DNA of 64,000 nt from a bacterium (GTDB lineage: Bacteria > UBA8248): the NCBI GenBank assembly GCA_965199855.1, contig OZ241326.1, forward strand, positions 2,912,001-2,976,000. The letters run 5' to 3'. A program made the translations under genes and the position numbers. Of the stretch, positions 20,232 through 29,409 are shown one piece after another. The notes beneath the pieces are model-generated. The model ran no database searches and was not told where the DNA came from. It saw nothing but the letters and a program-made list of their open reading frames with translations. The first letter of the stretch is position 1, and each line of letters opens with the position of its first letter.

Positions 20232-20834
20232 ATGTCCGAAGACAGCGAAATCGACCGCAAGACGTTCTTCCGGGAAGGCCCGCTCTCCCTTTTTCGCGCC
20301 TTCATGGAGGGCGCGCGCCCGGAAGAGACCAGGGTGAGCCGTTCGACCCTCGACGGCCCCCTCTTGCGCCCGCCGGGGGCGGCGCCCGAGGCGGATTTTC
20401 TGCGCCTTTGCGAGGGCGGGGCGGAATGCGCGCGCGCCTGCCCGGCCGAGGCCATTCTGATGCTTCCCAGAGAGGACGAGTCGGGCCTGCGCGCCCCCCG
20501 CATCATCCCGGCGGACGCGGCCTGCGTGGTGTGCGACGACCTCGCCTGCATGAAGACCTGCCCCACGGGCGCGCTCAGTCTCATCGCCCGGGAGGAAATT
20601 CGCGTCGGTCTGGCCCGGGTGAACCCCGACGCCTGCTTCGCCTGGAACGGACTGGACGAGGAATGCGACTACTGCGCGGCGCGCTGCCCGATAGGGGAGA
20701 GCGCCATCCGCATCGAGGCGCGGGAGGAGGGCCGGGGTCCCGTGATAGGCGCGGCCTGCGTGGGCTGCGGAAGCTGCGAGCAGCACTGCCCCGAATACCC
20801 GGGCGCGGTGCGCGTGTTCCCCATCCCGTCGTGA
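20232..20834 (+). CDS. Polyferredoxin, NapF/NapG/MauM-like
   Basis: DRKTFF, LRPPGA, FLRLC; multiple Cys clusters incl. CDYCAARCP, CVGCGSCEQHCP. Confidence 0.85.
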   Translation: MSEDSEIDRKTFFREGPLSLFRAFMEGARPEETRVSRSTLDGPLLRPPGAAPEADFLRLCEGGAECARACPAEAILMLPREDESGLRAPRIIPADAACVVCDDLACMKTCPTGALSLIAREEIRVGLARVNPDACFAWNGLDEECDYCAARCPIGESAIRIEAREEGRGPVIGAACVGCGSCEQHCPEYPGAVRVFPIPS

Positions 20835-21256
20835 CGTCCTCCCCAAAGCGCGCGGCGCGCTCCCGCGCGAAAGCCTCCCGGGTGAAAATCCCGGAAAACG
20901 CCTGGCTCCTGCTCTTGGACGGGGAGTGCGGGGCGTGCCGCAGGTGCGCGGCGTGGGTCGCCTCGAAGGACAGAATGAAGCGGATATTTCCCCTCTCCTA
21001 CCAGGAGGCACCCTCCCCGCCCATGACCCCCGAACTGCGCGCTCGGGCGCGGCGGGCGGCGCAGCTCATCGCTCCCGACGGCGAGAGGTTCGAGGCGGGC
21101 CGGGCGTGCGTGGAGACGCTCTCCCTGCTGGGGTGGCGCAGGGCGGCGCGCCTGCTGGGAAGGCCGCCCCTGCTGTGGTGCGTGGAGATCGGCTACTGGT
21201 GCGCGGCGAGAACGCGCCGCTTCTGGGGGCGCGTCCCGCCTCGGCCAAGGCGCTGA
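20831..21256 (+). CDS. DCC1/DUF393-like thiol-disulfide oxidoreductase
   Basis: LLLDGECGAC (DxxCxxC) motif; GTG overlaps the ferredoxin stop. Confidence 0.75.
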   Translation: MTSSPKRAARSRAKASRVKIPENAWLLLLDGECGACRRCAAWVASKDRMKRIFPLSYQEAPSPPMTPELRARARRAAQLIAPDGERFEAGRACVETLSLLGWRRAARLLGRPPLLWCVEIGYWCAARTRRFWGRVPPRPRR

Positions 21257-21341
21257 ATCCCGCAAAACCGCCTCCGGGGCGCCTCGTCCGCGCGGGAGGC
21301 TCCGCCTTCCGGCGAGGGGGAGATGAAGGCGGCGGCGCGCG

Positions 21342-21854
21342 TCAGGAGAATTCCTCTTTCAGGATTTCATGGATGAACCGCTGGACGGCGAGGGGGTAAT
21401 ACCGGATGTCCGGCGTGCGCACCACGGCGGTGTCGGTGGTCTCGAGGCGCGCGAGTTCGTTCAGCACCTTTTCCACCAGAACCTCCGGACTCCATTCGTG
21501 GTGGGTGATTTTCAGGTATTCGTTCTCGATGCTGAAGTTTCCCGAGGCGACGGCCGGGAACGCGAACACCCGCCCGACGAGGTCGGCGTCCATCATCTCG
21601 GAATCCTTGAAAATCTCGCCGAAGGTCTTCTCGGCCTGGGCCGGCGTCCACACCAGCTTGGGGGACACCAGAAGCTTTCCGGATATCTGGACGGAGCCCG
21701 CGTCCTCGCGCGCCTCCGGCCCCAGCACCCGGTAGCCGAGCTCGTGATAGCCCGACACGATGCCCACGTAGGGCCGGCGGACGATGTTGATTTCCCTGAT
21801 CATCCGCTTGTGAAAATCATGCAAATCGCGTTGCATTCCGTCGTCGAACATCAA
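21342..21854 (-). CDS. Hypothetical protein
   Basis: 170-aa ORF with normal composition, GGAG SD; no recognised motif. Confidence 0.7.
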   Translation of the reverse strand: MMFDDGMQRDLHDFHKRMIREINIVRRPYVGIVSGYHELGYRVLGPEAREDAGSVQISGKLLVSPKLVWTPAQAEKTFGEIFKDSEMMDADLVGRVFAFPAVASGNFSIENEYLKITHHEWSPEVLVEKVLNELARLETTDTAVVRTPDIRYYPLAVQRFIHEILKEEFS

Positions 21855-21940
21855 GCGTCTCCAGAAAGCGCGGCCAGGCGAAACCCGGGCGTTGATACCA
21901 GAGGGGGACGCGCCCGGTCAAAGCGCGCCGCCCCGCATTC

Positions 21941-23386
21941 TCACCCTTTCCCCCCGAAATGACCAGCGCGCAGGTCGCCCAGAATCTTCTCCGCGGCGCG
22001 CTCGGCCGACTTCACGCAGTCGGGAATCCCCACGCCCCGAAAAGCGCAACCGCAAAGCGCGAGGCCGGGAGTCGCGCCCACCTCGCTCTCGATGCGCCCG
22101 ACCCTCTCCAGATGGCCCACCTCGTAGCGCGGCAGCGACGCCTCATGGCGATGAAGGCGCATCGCCTCCGGAGCGCCGGAAATTCCCAGCACGGGACGCA
22201 GCTCCGCAATCAGCCTCCCGGTCAGTTCCTCGTCCGTGAGCCGCCAGTGCGGGGCGTCCTCCCCCCCGCCGGCGAAGGCGCGGATGAGCGTCCGCCCTTC
22301 GGGGGCGCGTCCCTCGAATTTCACGCTCGAGAACGAGCACGCCAGAAGCGTCCTGTTCTCGATCGCCGGAACCACGAACCCCATGGCGTCCAGGGGATGC
22401 GCCACCTGCTCCGCCCGATAGCCCAGGCTCAGCGTCGCCAGAGAGCCGCTGGAAACGCTCTCCAACTCGCGGGAAAGGCGCGGCGAGGCGCTCGCCAGCA
22501 TTCGCCCCGCCGCGCGCGGCGGCAGCGCGAGGCAGACCGCGTCCGTCTCCATCTCCTCTCCGTCCTGGAGGCGGACGCGCCAGCCCTTCTCTTTTTTCTC
22601 GATTGATTCCGCCCGGCAGTTCACGCGAATCGAGGCCCCGGCGACGCTCCCCGCAAGGGCGTCCGTCAGCGCGCCCATGCCGGGCGCGAGCGCGGCGAAC
22701 AGGCCGTATCTGGCCCCGCTGGCCGAAGCCTCCGCCCCCTGCGCCCGCATACGCCTCCTGAGTCCCAGGATGAGGCTGCGGTGTTCGCGCTCTATCTCGT
22801 GGAACTGCGGCATGGCGGCCTTCAGGCTCAGCTTCTCCGGATCGGCCGAGTAAACGCCCGCCACCATGGGCTGGGCCATTCTCTCCAGCGCCTCTCGCCC
22901 GAGCCGCCTGCGCACGAAATCGGCCAAGGATTCATCCGCCTCGCTCCTCCCGCGCGGCAAAAGGACGTCCATCGCCATTCGGAGCTTGCCGAGCGGGCTG
23001 AAGACGGGCGTCGTCAGAAACGGACCGATTCGGGAGGGCGCGAGAAGGTAATACCCCTGCGGCACGGGGAGCAGCTTCTCTCCCCGGAGGATGAGGCTGC
23101 GGCGGCGCTGCGGGTTCGTGCCGATGAGCTGCTCCCCAAGCCCCAGCTCCTCGCAGAGCCGGACGCCCTCGGGCTTCGAGGTCAGAAAGCAGTCGGGGCC
23201 CTTCTCCATCAGGAACCCGGCCGCGCGCTCCGTCCCGACCACCCCGCCCAGCCCGGGGGACGCCTCGACGAGCCGGACCTCCAGGGGCGGATTCCCCTCT
23301 CCGGCGGCCCGGAGCAGACGGCGGCAGGCGACCAGCCCCGTCAGCCCGCCGCCGAGCACGGCCACCCGCCCGGCCTTCGGGGTCAA
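21941..23386 (-). CDS. hemY: Protoporphyrinogen/coproporphyrinogen oxidase, HemY type
   Basis: VLGGGLTGL FAD motif, EKGPDCF, GVYSADPEKLS, PRYEVGH, GVGIPDC; TTG overlapping the hemH stop. Confidence 0.9.
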   Translation of the reverse strand: MTPKAGRVAVLGGGLTGLVACRRLLRAAGEGNPPLEVRLVEASPGLGGVVGTERAAGFLMEKGPDCFLTSKPEGVRLCEELGLGEQLIGTNPQRRRSLILRGEKLLPVPQGYYLLAPSRIGPFLTTPVFSPLGKLRMAMDVLLPRGRSEADESLADFVRRRLGREALERMAQPMVAGVYSADPEKLSLKAAMPQFHEIEREHRSLILGLRRRMRAQGAEASASGARYGLFAALAPGMGALTDALAGSVAGASIRVNCRAESIEKKEKGWRVRLQDGEEMETDAVCLALPPRAAGRMLASASPRLSRELESVSSGSLATLSLGYRAEQVAHPLDAMGFVVPAIENRTLLACSFSSVKFEGRAPEGRTLIRAFAGGGEDAPHWRLTDEELTGRLIAELRPVLGISGAPEAMRLHRHEASLPRYEVGHLERVGRIESEVGATPGLALCGCAFRGVGIPDCVKSAERAAEKILGDLRAGHFGGKG

Positions 23387-24351
23387 CGCCCGCTTTCCTT
23401 TGTCTTTTCGAGAATCAGCTCGCGCAGCATGGCGATGAAGGCGGGGTGCGTTCCCACCGTGGGGGCGCGATGGAACCCGAGGCCCGCCTCCCCGGCCGTC
23501 TCCCGCGCCTCGACGTCGAGGTCGAAGAGCACCTCCACGTGATCGCAGAGGAAGCCCACCGGAATCAGGAGGACGGCCCGCGCGCCCTCGGCGGCGGCCT
23601 GCCGGATGAGGTCGTTCACGTCCGGGCCGAGCCAGGCGCCGAGAGGAACGTCGGGACTGCTCTGAAAGCCGACCCGGTGCGCTTCGAGACCCAGGGCGCG
23701 CGCCGCCAGCGCCGCCGTCTCGGCGAATTCCTCCTCGTAGGAGGAGGCCCTGGCCATCGGGACGGGGATGGAATGGGCCGTGAAGATGACGCCTACATCC
23801 TTCATTCCGCCCGCCGCCGGCTGCGGGAGGGCCTCGCGCGCGCGCCCGACGACAGCCTCGATGAAGCCCGGACGCCCATGCCAGGGCGCGTCGAGAAACT
23901 CGACCTCCGGCGCGTCCGCGCCCAGCGCCTCGCGCGCGGCGGAGACGGCGCTCCGGTAGGCCTCCCGGCTGATTTTCGCGCGATGCGGGGCGAGCGCGAC
24001 GCCCACGGCGCGGCGCAGGCCGCGCCGCGACATCTCGGCCAGCGCCTCCCCGACGTAGGGCGTCCAGAAGCGGTGGCCCGCATAGACGGGCAGGCGCGCG
24101 CCCGCCTGCTCGAGCGCCATTTCGAGCGCGCCCGCCTGCTTCTGGGAGAAATGCGCGAACGGGGAGACGCCGCCGAAGCGCCCGTAATGCGCGGCCACCT
24201 CCCGGATGCGCTCGGCGCCTCCCGCCCGCTGGCCGACGATGCCCTCCACGTAGCAATACGCCTCGCCCGGGCATTCCGCGTAGCGAAGGCAGCAGCCCTT
24301 CGTGGGGCCGCCGAAGCCGACGAGGAGAACGGAATCGAACCCTTGGCTCAT
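23383..24351 (-). CDS. hemH: Ferrochelatase
   Basis: GFGGP, GGVSP, FTAHSIP, FQS...WLGPD, GFLCDHVEVLFDLD. Confidence 0.92.
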   Translation of the reverse strand: MSQGFDSVLLVGFGGPTKGCCLRYAECPGEAYCYVEGIVGQRAGGAERIREVAAHYGRFGGVSPFAHFSQKQAGALEMALEQAGARLPVYAGHRFWTPYVGEALAEMSRRGLRRAVGVALAPHRAKISREAYRSAVSAAREALGADAPEVEFLDAPWHGRPGFIEAVVGRAREALPQPAAGGMKDVGVIFTAHSIPVPMARASSYEEEFAETAALAARALGLEAHRVGFQSSPDVPLGAWLGPDVNDLIRQAAAEGARAVLLIPVGFLCDHVEVLFDLDVEARETAGEAGLGFHRAPTVGTHPAFIAMLRELILEKTKESGR

Positions 24352-25433
24352 TCCGCCTCCGCCCGCCATTCGTGAACGAAATCAACCAGCCTCTTCACGC
24401 TGTCCACCGGCGTCCCCGGCAAAACGCCGTGGCCCAGATTGAATATGTGGCCCGGGCGCGCGGCTCCCTGGCGCAGGACGCGATCCGCGCATGCGCGGAT
24501 CCGCTCCGGCGGGGCGAGAAGAACGCAGGGGTCGAGATTCCCCTGCGCCGCCCGCTCGCCCAGACGCTCTCTGGCGGCGGCCATCTCCACGCGGAAATCG
24601 AGGCCCACGACCTCGCCGCCGGCTCCGGCGAAGTCCTCCAGGAACGGCGCGGTTCCCGTCCCGAAGTGGATGACGGGCGCGCCCGCCTCGACGCCCTGAA
24701 TCAGCGCGCGGCTGTGGGGCAGGACGAACTCCCTGTAATCCTCCGGCGAGAGGCAGCCCGCCCAGCTGTCGAAAATCTGAAGCGCCTGCGCGCCCGCGCG
24801 CGCCTGCCCGTTCAGATATTCGGTCAGCCCCCGGACGAGCTTCTCCATCAGCGCGCGCCACGCCCCCGGGTCGGCATACATGAATCTCTTGGTGTTCTCG
24901 AAATGGCGCGAGCCGCCGCCCTCGATCATGTAGGAGGCGAGCGTGAAGGGCGCGCCGCAGAAGCCGATGAGCGGAAGCGCCGGGTTCATCGCCGCCCTCG
25001 TCTCGCGCGCCGCCTCGAACACGAAGGCGAGGCTCTCCCGGGGCCGCGCCTCGCTCAGGCGATCCACGTCCGCGGCCGCGCGAAGCGGGTTGCGGAGAAC
25101 GGGGCCGCCGCTTTCCGGATACTCCAGTTCCATGCCCATGGGCGCGAGGATGAGCAGAATGTCGGAGAACAGGATGGCGGCGTCCGCGCCGATCTCATCG
25201 AGGGCGGTGACGGCGACCTCGGCGGCCAGATGGGGGGCGCGGCAAAGCTCGATGAAGGAGACCTTCTCTCGGAGGGCGCGGTATTGCCGCATGTATCTGC
25301 CCGCCTGGCGCATGAGCCACACGGGCGTCGCCTCGTTGGGCAGCCCCCGGCAGGCGCGCAGGAAGGCGGAATCCTCATACGCGGGCGGCGTCCCCGCGGC
25401 CGCCGGACGCTCCGCCTGCCGATGCGCCGACAT
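24348..25433 (-). CDS. hemE: Uroporphyrinogen decarboxylase
   Basis: PVWLMRQAGRY, AAILFSDIL, GFCGAPFTLASY, FNLGHG. Confidence 0.97.
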   Translation of the reverse strand: MSAHRQAERPAAAGTPPAYEDSAFLRACRGLPNEATPVWLMRQAGRYMRQYRALREKVSFIELCRAPHLAAEVAVTALDEIGADAAILFSDILLILAPMGMELEYPESGGPVLRNPLRAAADVDRLSEARPRESLAFVFEAARETRAAMNPALPLIGFCGAPFTLASYMIEGGGSRHFENTKRFMYADPGAWRALMEKLVRGLTEYLNGQARAGAQALQIFDSWAGCLSPEDYREFVLPHSRALIQGVEAGAPVIHFGTGTAPFLEDFAGAGGEVVGLDFRVEMAAARERLGERAAQGNLDPCVLLAPPERIRACADRVLRQGAARPGHIFNLGHGVLPGTPVDSVKRLVDFVHEWRAEAE

Positions 25434-25681
25434 GAACCCCTCCCGTGAAGCGGCGCGAATCCGGCCGCGCGCCCAAAGCCCCGACGCCTCCTCCCGCCGG
25501 GGCAGTCTAATCCAAAAGAAAAGCCCGCGCATGTCGCGGGCGGCGGCGAGGGGGCGGCTCCGTGGAGCCGCCCGGGCGTCCGGTTGCGCGGGAATGAAGG
25601 AAAGCGCCCCCGGCTGGACGGCCGCTCTCCCGACGGGCTAGGAAAACCCCGCGGTTTCGGGGTAGAATGCCCCGACGCTCC

Positions 25682-25756
25682 GGCGCCATAGCCAAGTGGT
25701 AAGGCAGAGGACTGCAAATCCTTTATTCCCCGGTTCGAATCCGGGTGGCGCCTCCA
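25682..25756 (+). tRNA. tRNA-Cys(GCA)
   Basis: GGCGCCA...TGGCGCC acceptor stem, anticodon loop CTGCAAA, TTCGAAT T-loop, encoded CCA. Confidence 0.97.
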
Positions 25757-25831
25757 GCAGGCCGCGCCGATTCGCGTCCTCCCCGACGGACGGGCGCGGG
25801 CGGCGAAAGCGTCCCCGCTGCTCGCGCCCCC

Positions 25832-26287
25832 TCATCGCCACCACTTTCTTCCGTGCTTTTCAAACCACTCCTCGGCGCGGCGGGCGGCCTCCTCCCGCTG
25901 GGCGGGCGTCATCATTCCGCCGAGCGCGGGGACGGCTTTTCGCGCCAGCAGATTTCCGTTCTCGCCCGCGATCCTGAACCACTGGTGCGCCGCGACGTAG
26001 TCCCGAAGGACGCCCTCCCCCCTGTAATACATCGAGCCCAGCCTGTTCTGCGCGGCGTCGTGTCCCGCCTCCGCCGCCTGGCGGATCCACCGCAGCGCCT
26101 CCTTCTGGTCGCGCTGGACGCCGTATCCCACGGCGTGCATCTCGCCCAGGCGGAACTGCGCCCGCGCGCATCCGGCCTCCGCTCCCTTGAGATACCACCC
26201 CGCCGCCCGCTCGAAGTCCAGGGAGACGTAATCGCAGTAGCAACCGAGGACGAACCACAGCGTGGCCAGAAGACGATCCGCCGTCAC
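25832..26287 (-). CDS. Sel1-repeat protein (possibly N-terminally truncated)
   Basis: Three Sel1 units (AQFRLGEMH..G.GV.RD..EA..W; AQNRLGSMYYRGEGV.RD). Confidence 0.75.
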   Translation of the reverse strand: MTADRLLATLWFVLGCYCDYVSLDFERAAGWYLKGAEAGCARAQFRLGEMHAVGYGVQRDQKEALRWIRQAAEAGHDAAQNRLGSMYYRGEGVLRDYVAAHQWFRIAGENGNLLARKAVPALGGMMTPAQREEAARRAEEWFEKHGRKWWR

Positions 26288-26453
26288 TTCGCGCGCTCTC
26301 CGGTTCCGGGGCTGTTCCGCAGGGCTCCCGACGCGAAATCATACAGCGCGTCGCGCGATGAAGCCAGGGCGCGCGCCTCCCCGCGCGCTTGAAAAGGCGG
26401 CGCGGGTTCTGTATGTCACGAATGCGCCATTATCCATGGGGAGGAGAGAAGCG

Positions 26454-27068
26454 ATGCCGCAGACGACGATAGAATCGAAGGAGCAGCTCCGCGAGCGCTA
26501 CGGGCCGCCGAGCGAGCGGGGCGCCAAAAAGCAGATGTCGAAGCTGGACGAGCACGCGAAGAACTTCATCGCCCTCTCTCCGTTCCTGGTGATCGCCTCG
26601 GCCGCGGCGAGCGGGGCGGACGCCTCCCCCAAGGGAGACCCGCCCGGCTTCGTGAAGGTCATCGACGAGAACACCCTGCTCATCCCGGACAGGCCGGGCA
26701 ACAACCGCGTGGACACCATGGGCAACATCCTGGAGAACAGCCGCGTGGGCCTCCTCTTTCTCGTGCCCGGCATGTGCGAGACGCTGCGCGTGAACGGGCG
26801 GGCGCGCGTCACGACCGACCCCGCCCTCCTCGAGCCGCTCTCGGTGAAGGGCAGGACGCCCGTCTCGGGCGTGATCGTGGACGTGGACGAGGCGTATCTC
26901 CACTGCGGCAAGGCCGTCCTCCGCGCCAGCCTCTGGGATCCGGAGAAGCGCATCGACCGAAAGTCGTTTCCCTCGATGGGGCGGATGCTCGCCGATCAGA
27001 TCGGCGGCTACGACGCCGAGGAGCTCGACCGGGGGATTGAGGAGAGATACCGGACGGGCCTGTATTAG
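26454..27068 (+). CDS. Pyridoxamine 5'-phosphate oxidase-like FMN-binding protein
   Basis: DASPKGDPPGFV, PDRPGNNRVDT, ETLRVNG, YLHCGKA; strong SD GGAGGAG. Confidence 0.9.
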   Translation: MPQTTIESKEQLRERYGPPSERGAKKQMSKLDEHAKNFIALSPFLVIASAAASGADASPKGDPPGFVKVIDENTLLIPDRPGNNRVDTMGNILENSRVGLLFLVPGMCETLRVNGRARVTTDPALLEPLSVKGRTPVSGVIVDVDEAYLHCGKAVLRASLWDPEKRIDRKSFPSMGRMLADQIGGYDAEELDRGIEERYRTGLY

Positions 27069-27114
27069 CGCGCCGCGCCGGCGGGGAGCGGCCGATCAAG
27101 AGCCGCGCCGTTTC

Positions 27115-29295
27115 GTCTTCGCAGGGGCGGCGCCTCTCCGGGGTCGCCCCGCGAACCGCCCGTTTTCAGGAAGGGTTCGCATCGGAGGAGGCGGGGCGTT
27201 CCCGAACGCCCCCTGCGGGATGGCGGCGCGGAGCAAGTGCGGGCGGATGCGCGCAAACGCCGCGGCCTTGCGAAATACCCCCTCCCGGCGCCTCTTTGTT
27301 TCCATAACCATTTTATTTTCAATGACTTGATATTTTTTCCGCGCCCCGAAGGGTCTTGAATTTGTCGAAAAAAGCTGCGAATTTGCGGGATAAGGCCGTG
27401 AATTTGTCTTATTTTGTCGAAAACGGGATCGTTTTCATCATGGCGAGGACGACGCGCGCGCGGCGCGCCTGTGGAACCCGCAATCCGGGGGTTGCGGGAC
27501 GCGCCCCGACGCCGGACGACAACCCCCGGATTCCGCAATCCTCCCTCCGCACCGGAATTGACGACGCGGGAACGGCGCGGGACGAAAAACGCCCTGATCC
27601 ACGCCCACGCCTTCGTCATCATCCGCTTCCCGAAGTCCATGCGTTCGCCGCCTCCCTCTCGCGGCGGATTCTCGCGCGTTCAGGGGAAGGCCCGACAGGC
27701 GCAAATGCGGGCAAATGCGCAATCGATCCCGGCAAGGCGGAGGGATTGGCCCGGCGGGGGTGGTCATAAACCAAACCCCGGATTCCGGCCTTCGCCGGAA
27801 TGACGGCGGAATGAGGACGCGGTGTGGACAACCACAGGGGGTTGTCCCTACGGGATTGAATCGCCGCCGCGTGAATCGCGGCACCCCGCAACGGGGCGCA
27901 AGAATGCGCCCCCTACGGGCGGGTGTGACGGTTTCGTAGGGGCGGTTCGTGAACCGCCCGTTGCGATAATCGATCGCCGCGCGAATTCGTGTCCATTACG
28001 GGCGGCGGCGATTTTGATTTGCGTAGGGGACGCATTCATGCGTCCCGCCCGGCGTTTCGCGGGGATACGGGCTTTATGATTCCGCAGGGACGGCCCCTCC
28101 CCGGGGCCGCTCCACAATTCGCGGGCCGCCCGTTTTGAAGGGAAGACAATCAAAACCCTGGATTCCGGCCTTCGCCGGAATGACGGGATTCCGGGGCGGC
28201 GCGCGGCGGAGGGGAAATCCTCGCCGCCGTCTCGATGTCGTTCCCTGTCAGATCGAAGGGACGCCGGGGTTGGCCTTTCGCCGTCATTCCGAGGGACGCC
28301 GGGGTTGGTTTTTCGCCGTCATTCCGGCGAAGGCCGGAATCCAGAACCGGGGCGCGCGGCGGCGAACGGGCGTTCCCGGCCAATCCATGCGCGGGTTCAT
28401 GGTTTCGTGGGGATGCGGGTTTTATGATTTCGCAGGGGCGGCCCCCTGCGACCGCCCGTCGTCAATGGCGAGGATGGGGTGGGGATATTGTAGGGGCGGT
28501 TCGGGAGCCGCCCGTTTTTTTGACGGCATGGGCCGACAACCCGGCGATTGTCCGTTTGGTCGGCGCGGCGGGTCGTTCACGAACGACCCCTACGGGATGG
28601 TTGCGGATTGACGGGATGAAAATGCGCCGGAGGGGAAATCCTCGCCGTCGTCTCGATGTTGCTCCCTGTCAGATCGAAGGGACGCCGGGGTTGGCCTTTC
28701 GCCGTCATTCCGGCGAAGGCCGGAATCCAGAACCGGGGCGCGCGGCGGTCAACGGATGTTCCCCGCCAATCCATGCGCGGGTTCATGGTTTCGTAGGGGC
28801 GGTTCGCGAGCCGCCCGTTGCGATAATCGATCGTCGCGCGAATTCGTGTCCATTACGGGCGGCGGCGATTTTGATTTGCGTAGGGGACGCATATATGCGT
28901 CCCGCCCGGCGTTTCGCGGGGACGCGGGTTTTATGATTCCGCAGGGGCGGCGCCTCCCCGGGGCCGCCCCACGATTCGTGAACCGCCCGTTTTACAAGGA
29001 AGACAACCAAACCCTGGATTCCGGCCTTCGCCGGAATGACGGCGGAAGGACGCGGGGCGGACAACCACAGGGGTTGTCCCTGCGGCGGGGCGCAAGAATG
29101 CGCCCCCTACGGGCGGGTGTGACGGTTTCGTAGGGGCGGTTCGTGAACCGCCCGTTTTGACGGCATGGGCCGACAATCCGGCGATTGTCCGTTCGGTTGA
29201 CGGCGCGGGTCGTTCCCGAACGACCCCTACGGGATGGTTGCGGATTGACGGGGTGAAAATGCGGCGGAGGACAACCCCCTGTGGTCGTCCCTTGT
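27115..29295. repeat. Left REP mosaic array (GTAG- and CGTC-type palindromes with shuffled spacers)
   Basis: CGTC REP GGATTCCGGCCTTCGCCGGAATGACG at 27780, 28160, 29016 and inverted at 28317, 28703; GTAGGGGCGG-type hairpins at 27936, 28490, 28793, 29130; internal duplication 27936-28185 vs 28793-29041. Confidence 0.92.
27150..27805 (+). repeat. ~650-bp dispersed element, copy 1 (AT-rich core)
   Basis: Colinear, diverged direct repeat of ~34415-35073. Confidence 0.9.
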
Positions 29296-29409
29296 CAAAA
29301 CAGAAGCCCCGGGTTCCGCGATCCCTCCCCCCGCAAGCGAAACGGGCGCGGGGGGCGATCGTCCGGCCCCCGCGCCCGCGGTGGAGAATTCGTCCGTCCG
29401 GCCGGCCGT

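Noticed and set aside
25682-25756. tRNA-Cys as the integration site of an island containing the autotransporter
   Set aside because: No integrase and no duplicated tRNA 3' end was noticed in the window; the search was by eye only.
25696-25977. ORFs overlapping the tRNA (e.g. MVRQRTANPLFPGSNPG)
   Set aside because: Translations of the tRNA sequence.
27065-27640. Small protein encoded by the 650-bp element (MDFGKRM... / MGFGKRM... ending 34567), with an SD-like GGAGG
   Set aside because: The differences I inspected between copies are mostly non-synonymous and a 1-nt indel shifts the frame; no sign of coding selection.
27800-29300. Many short ORFs with VIPAKAGI / SFRRRPES / LDSGLRRND motifs (also 33570-36020)
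   Set aside because: They are translations of the CGTC REP palindrome, not genes.
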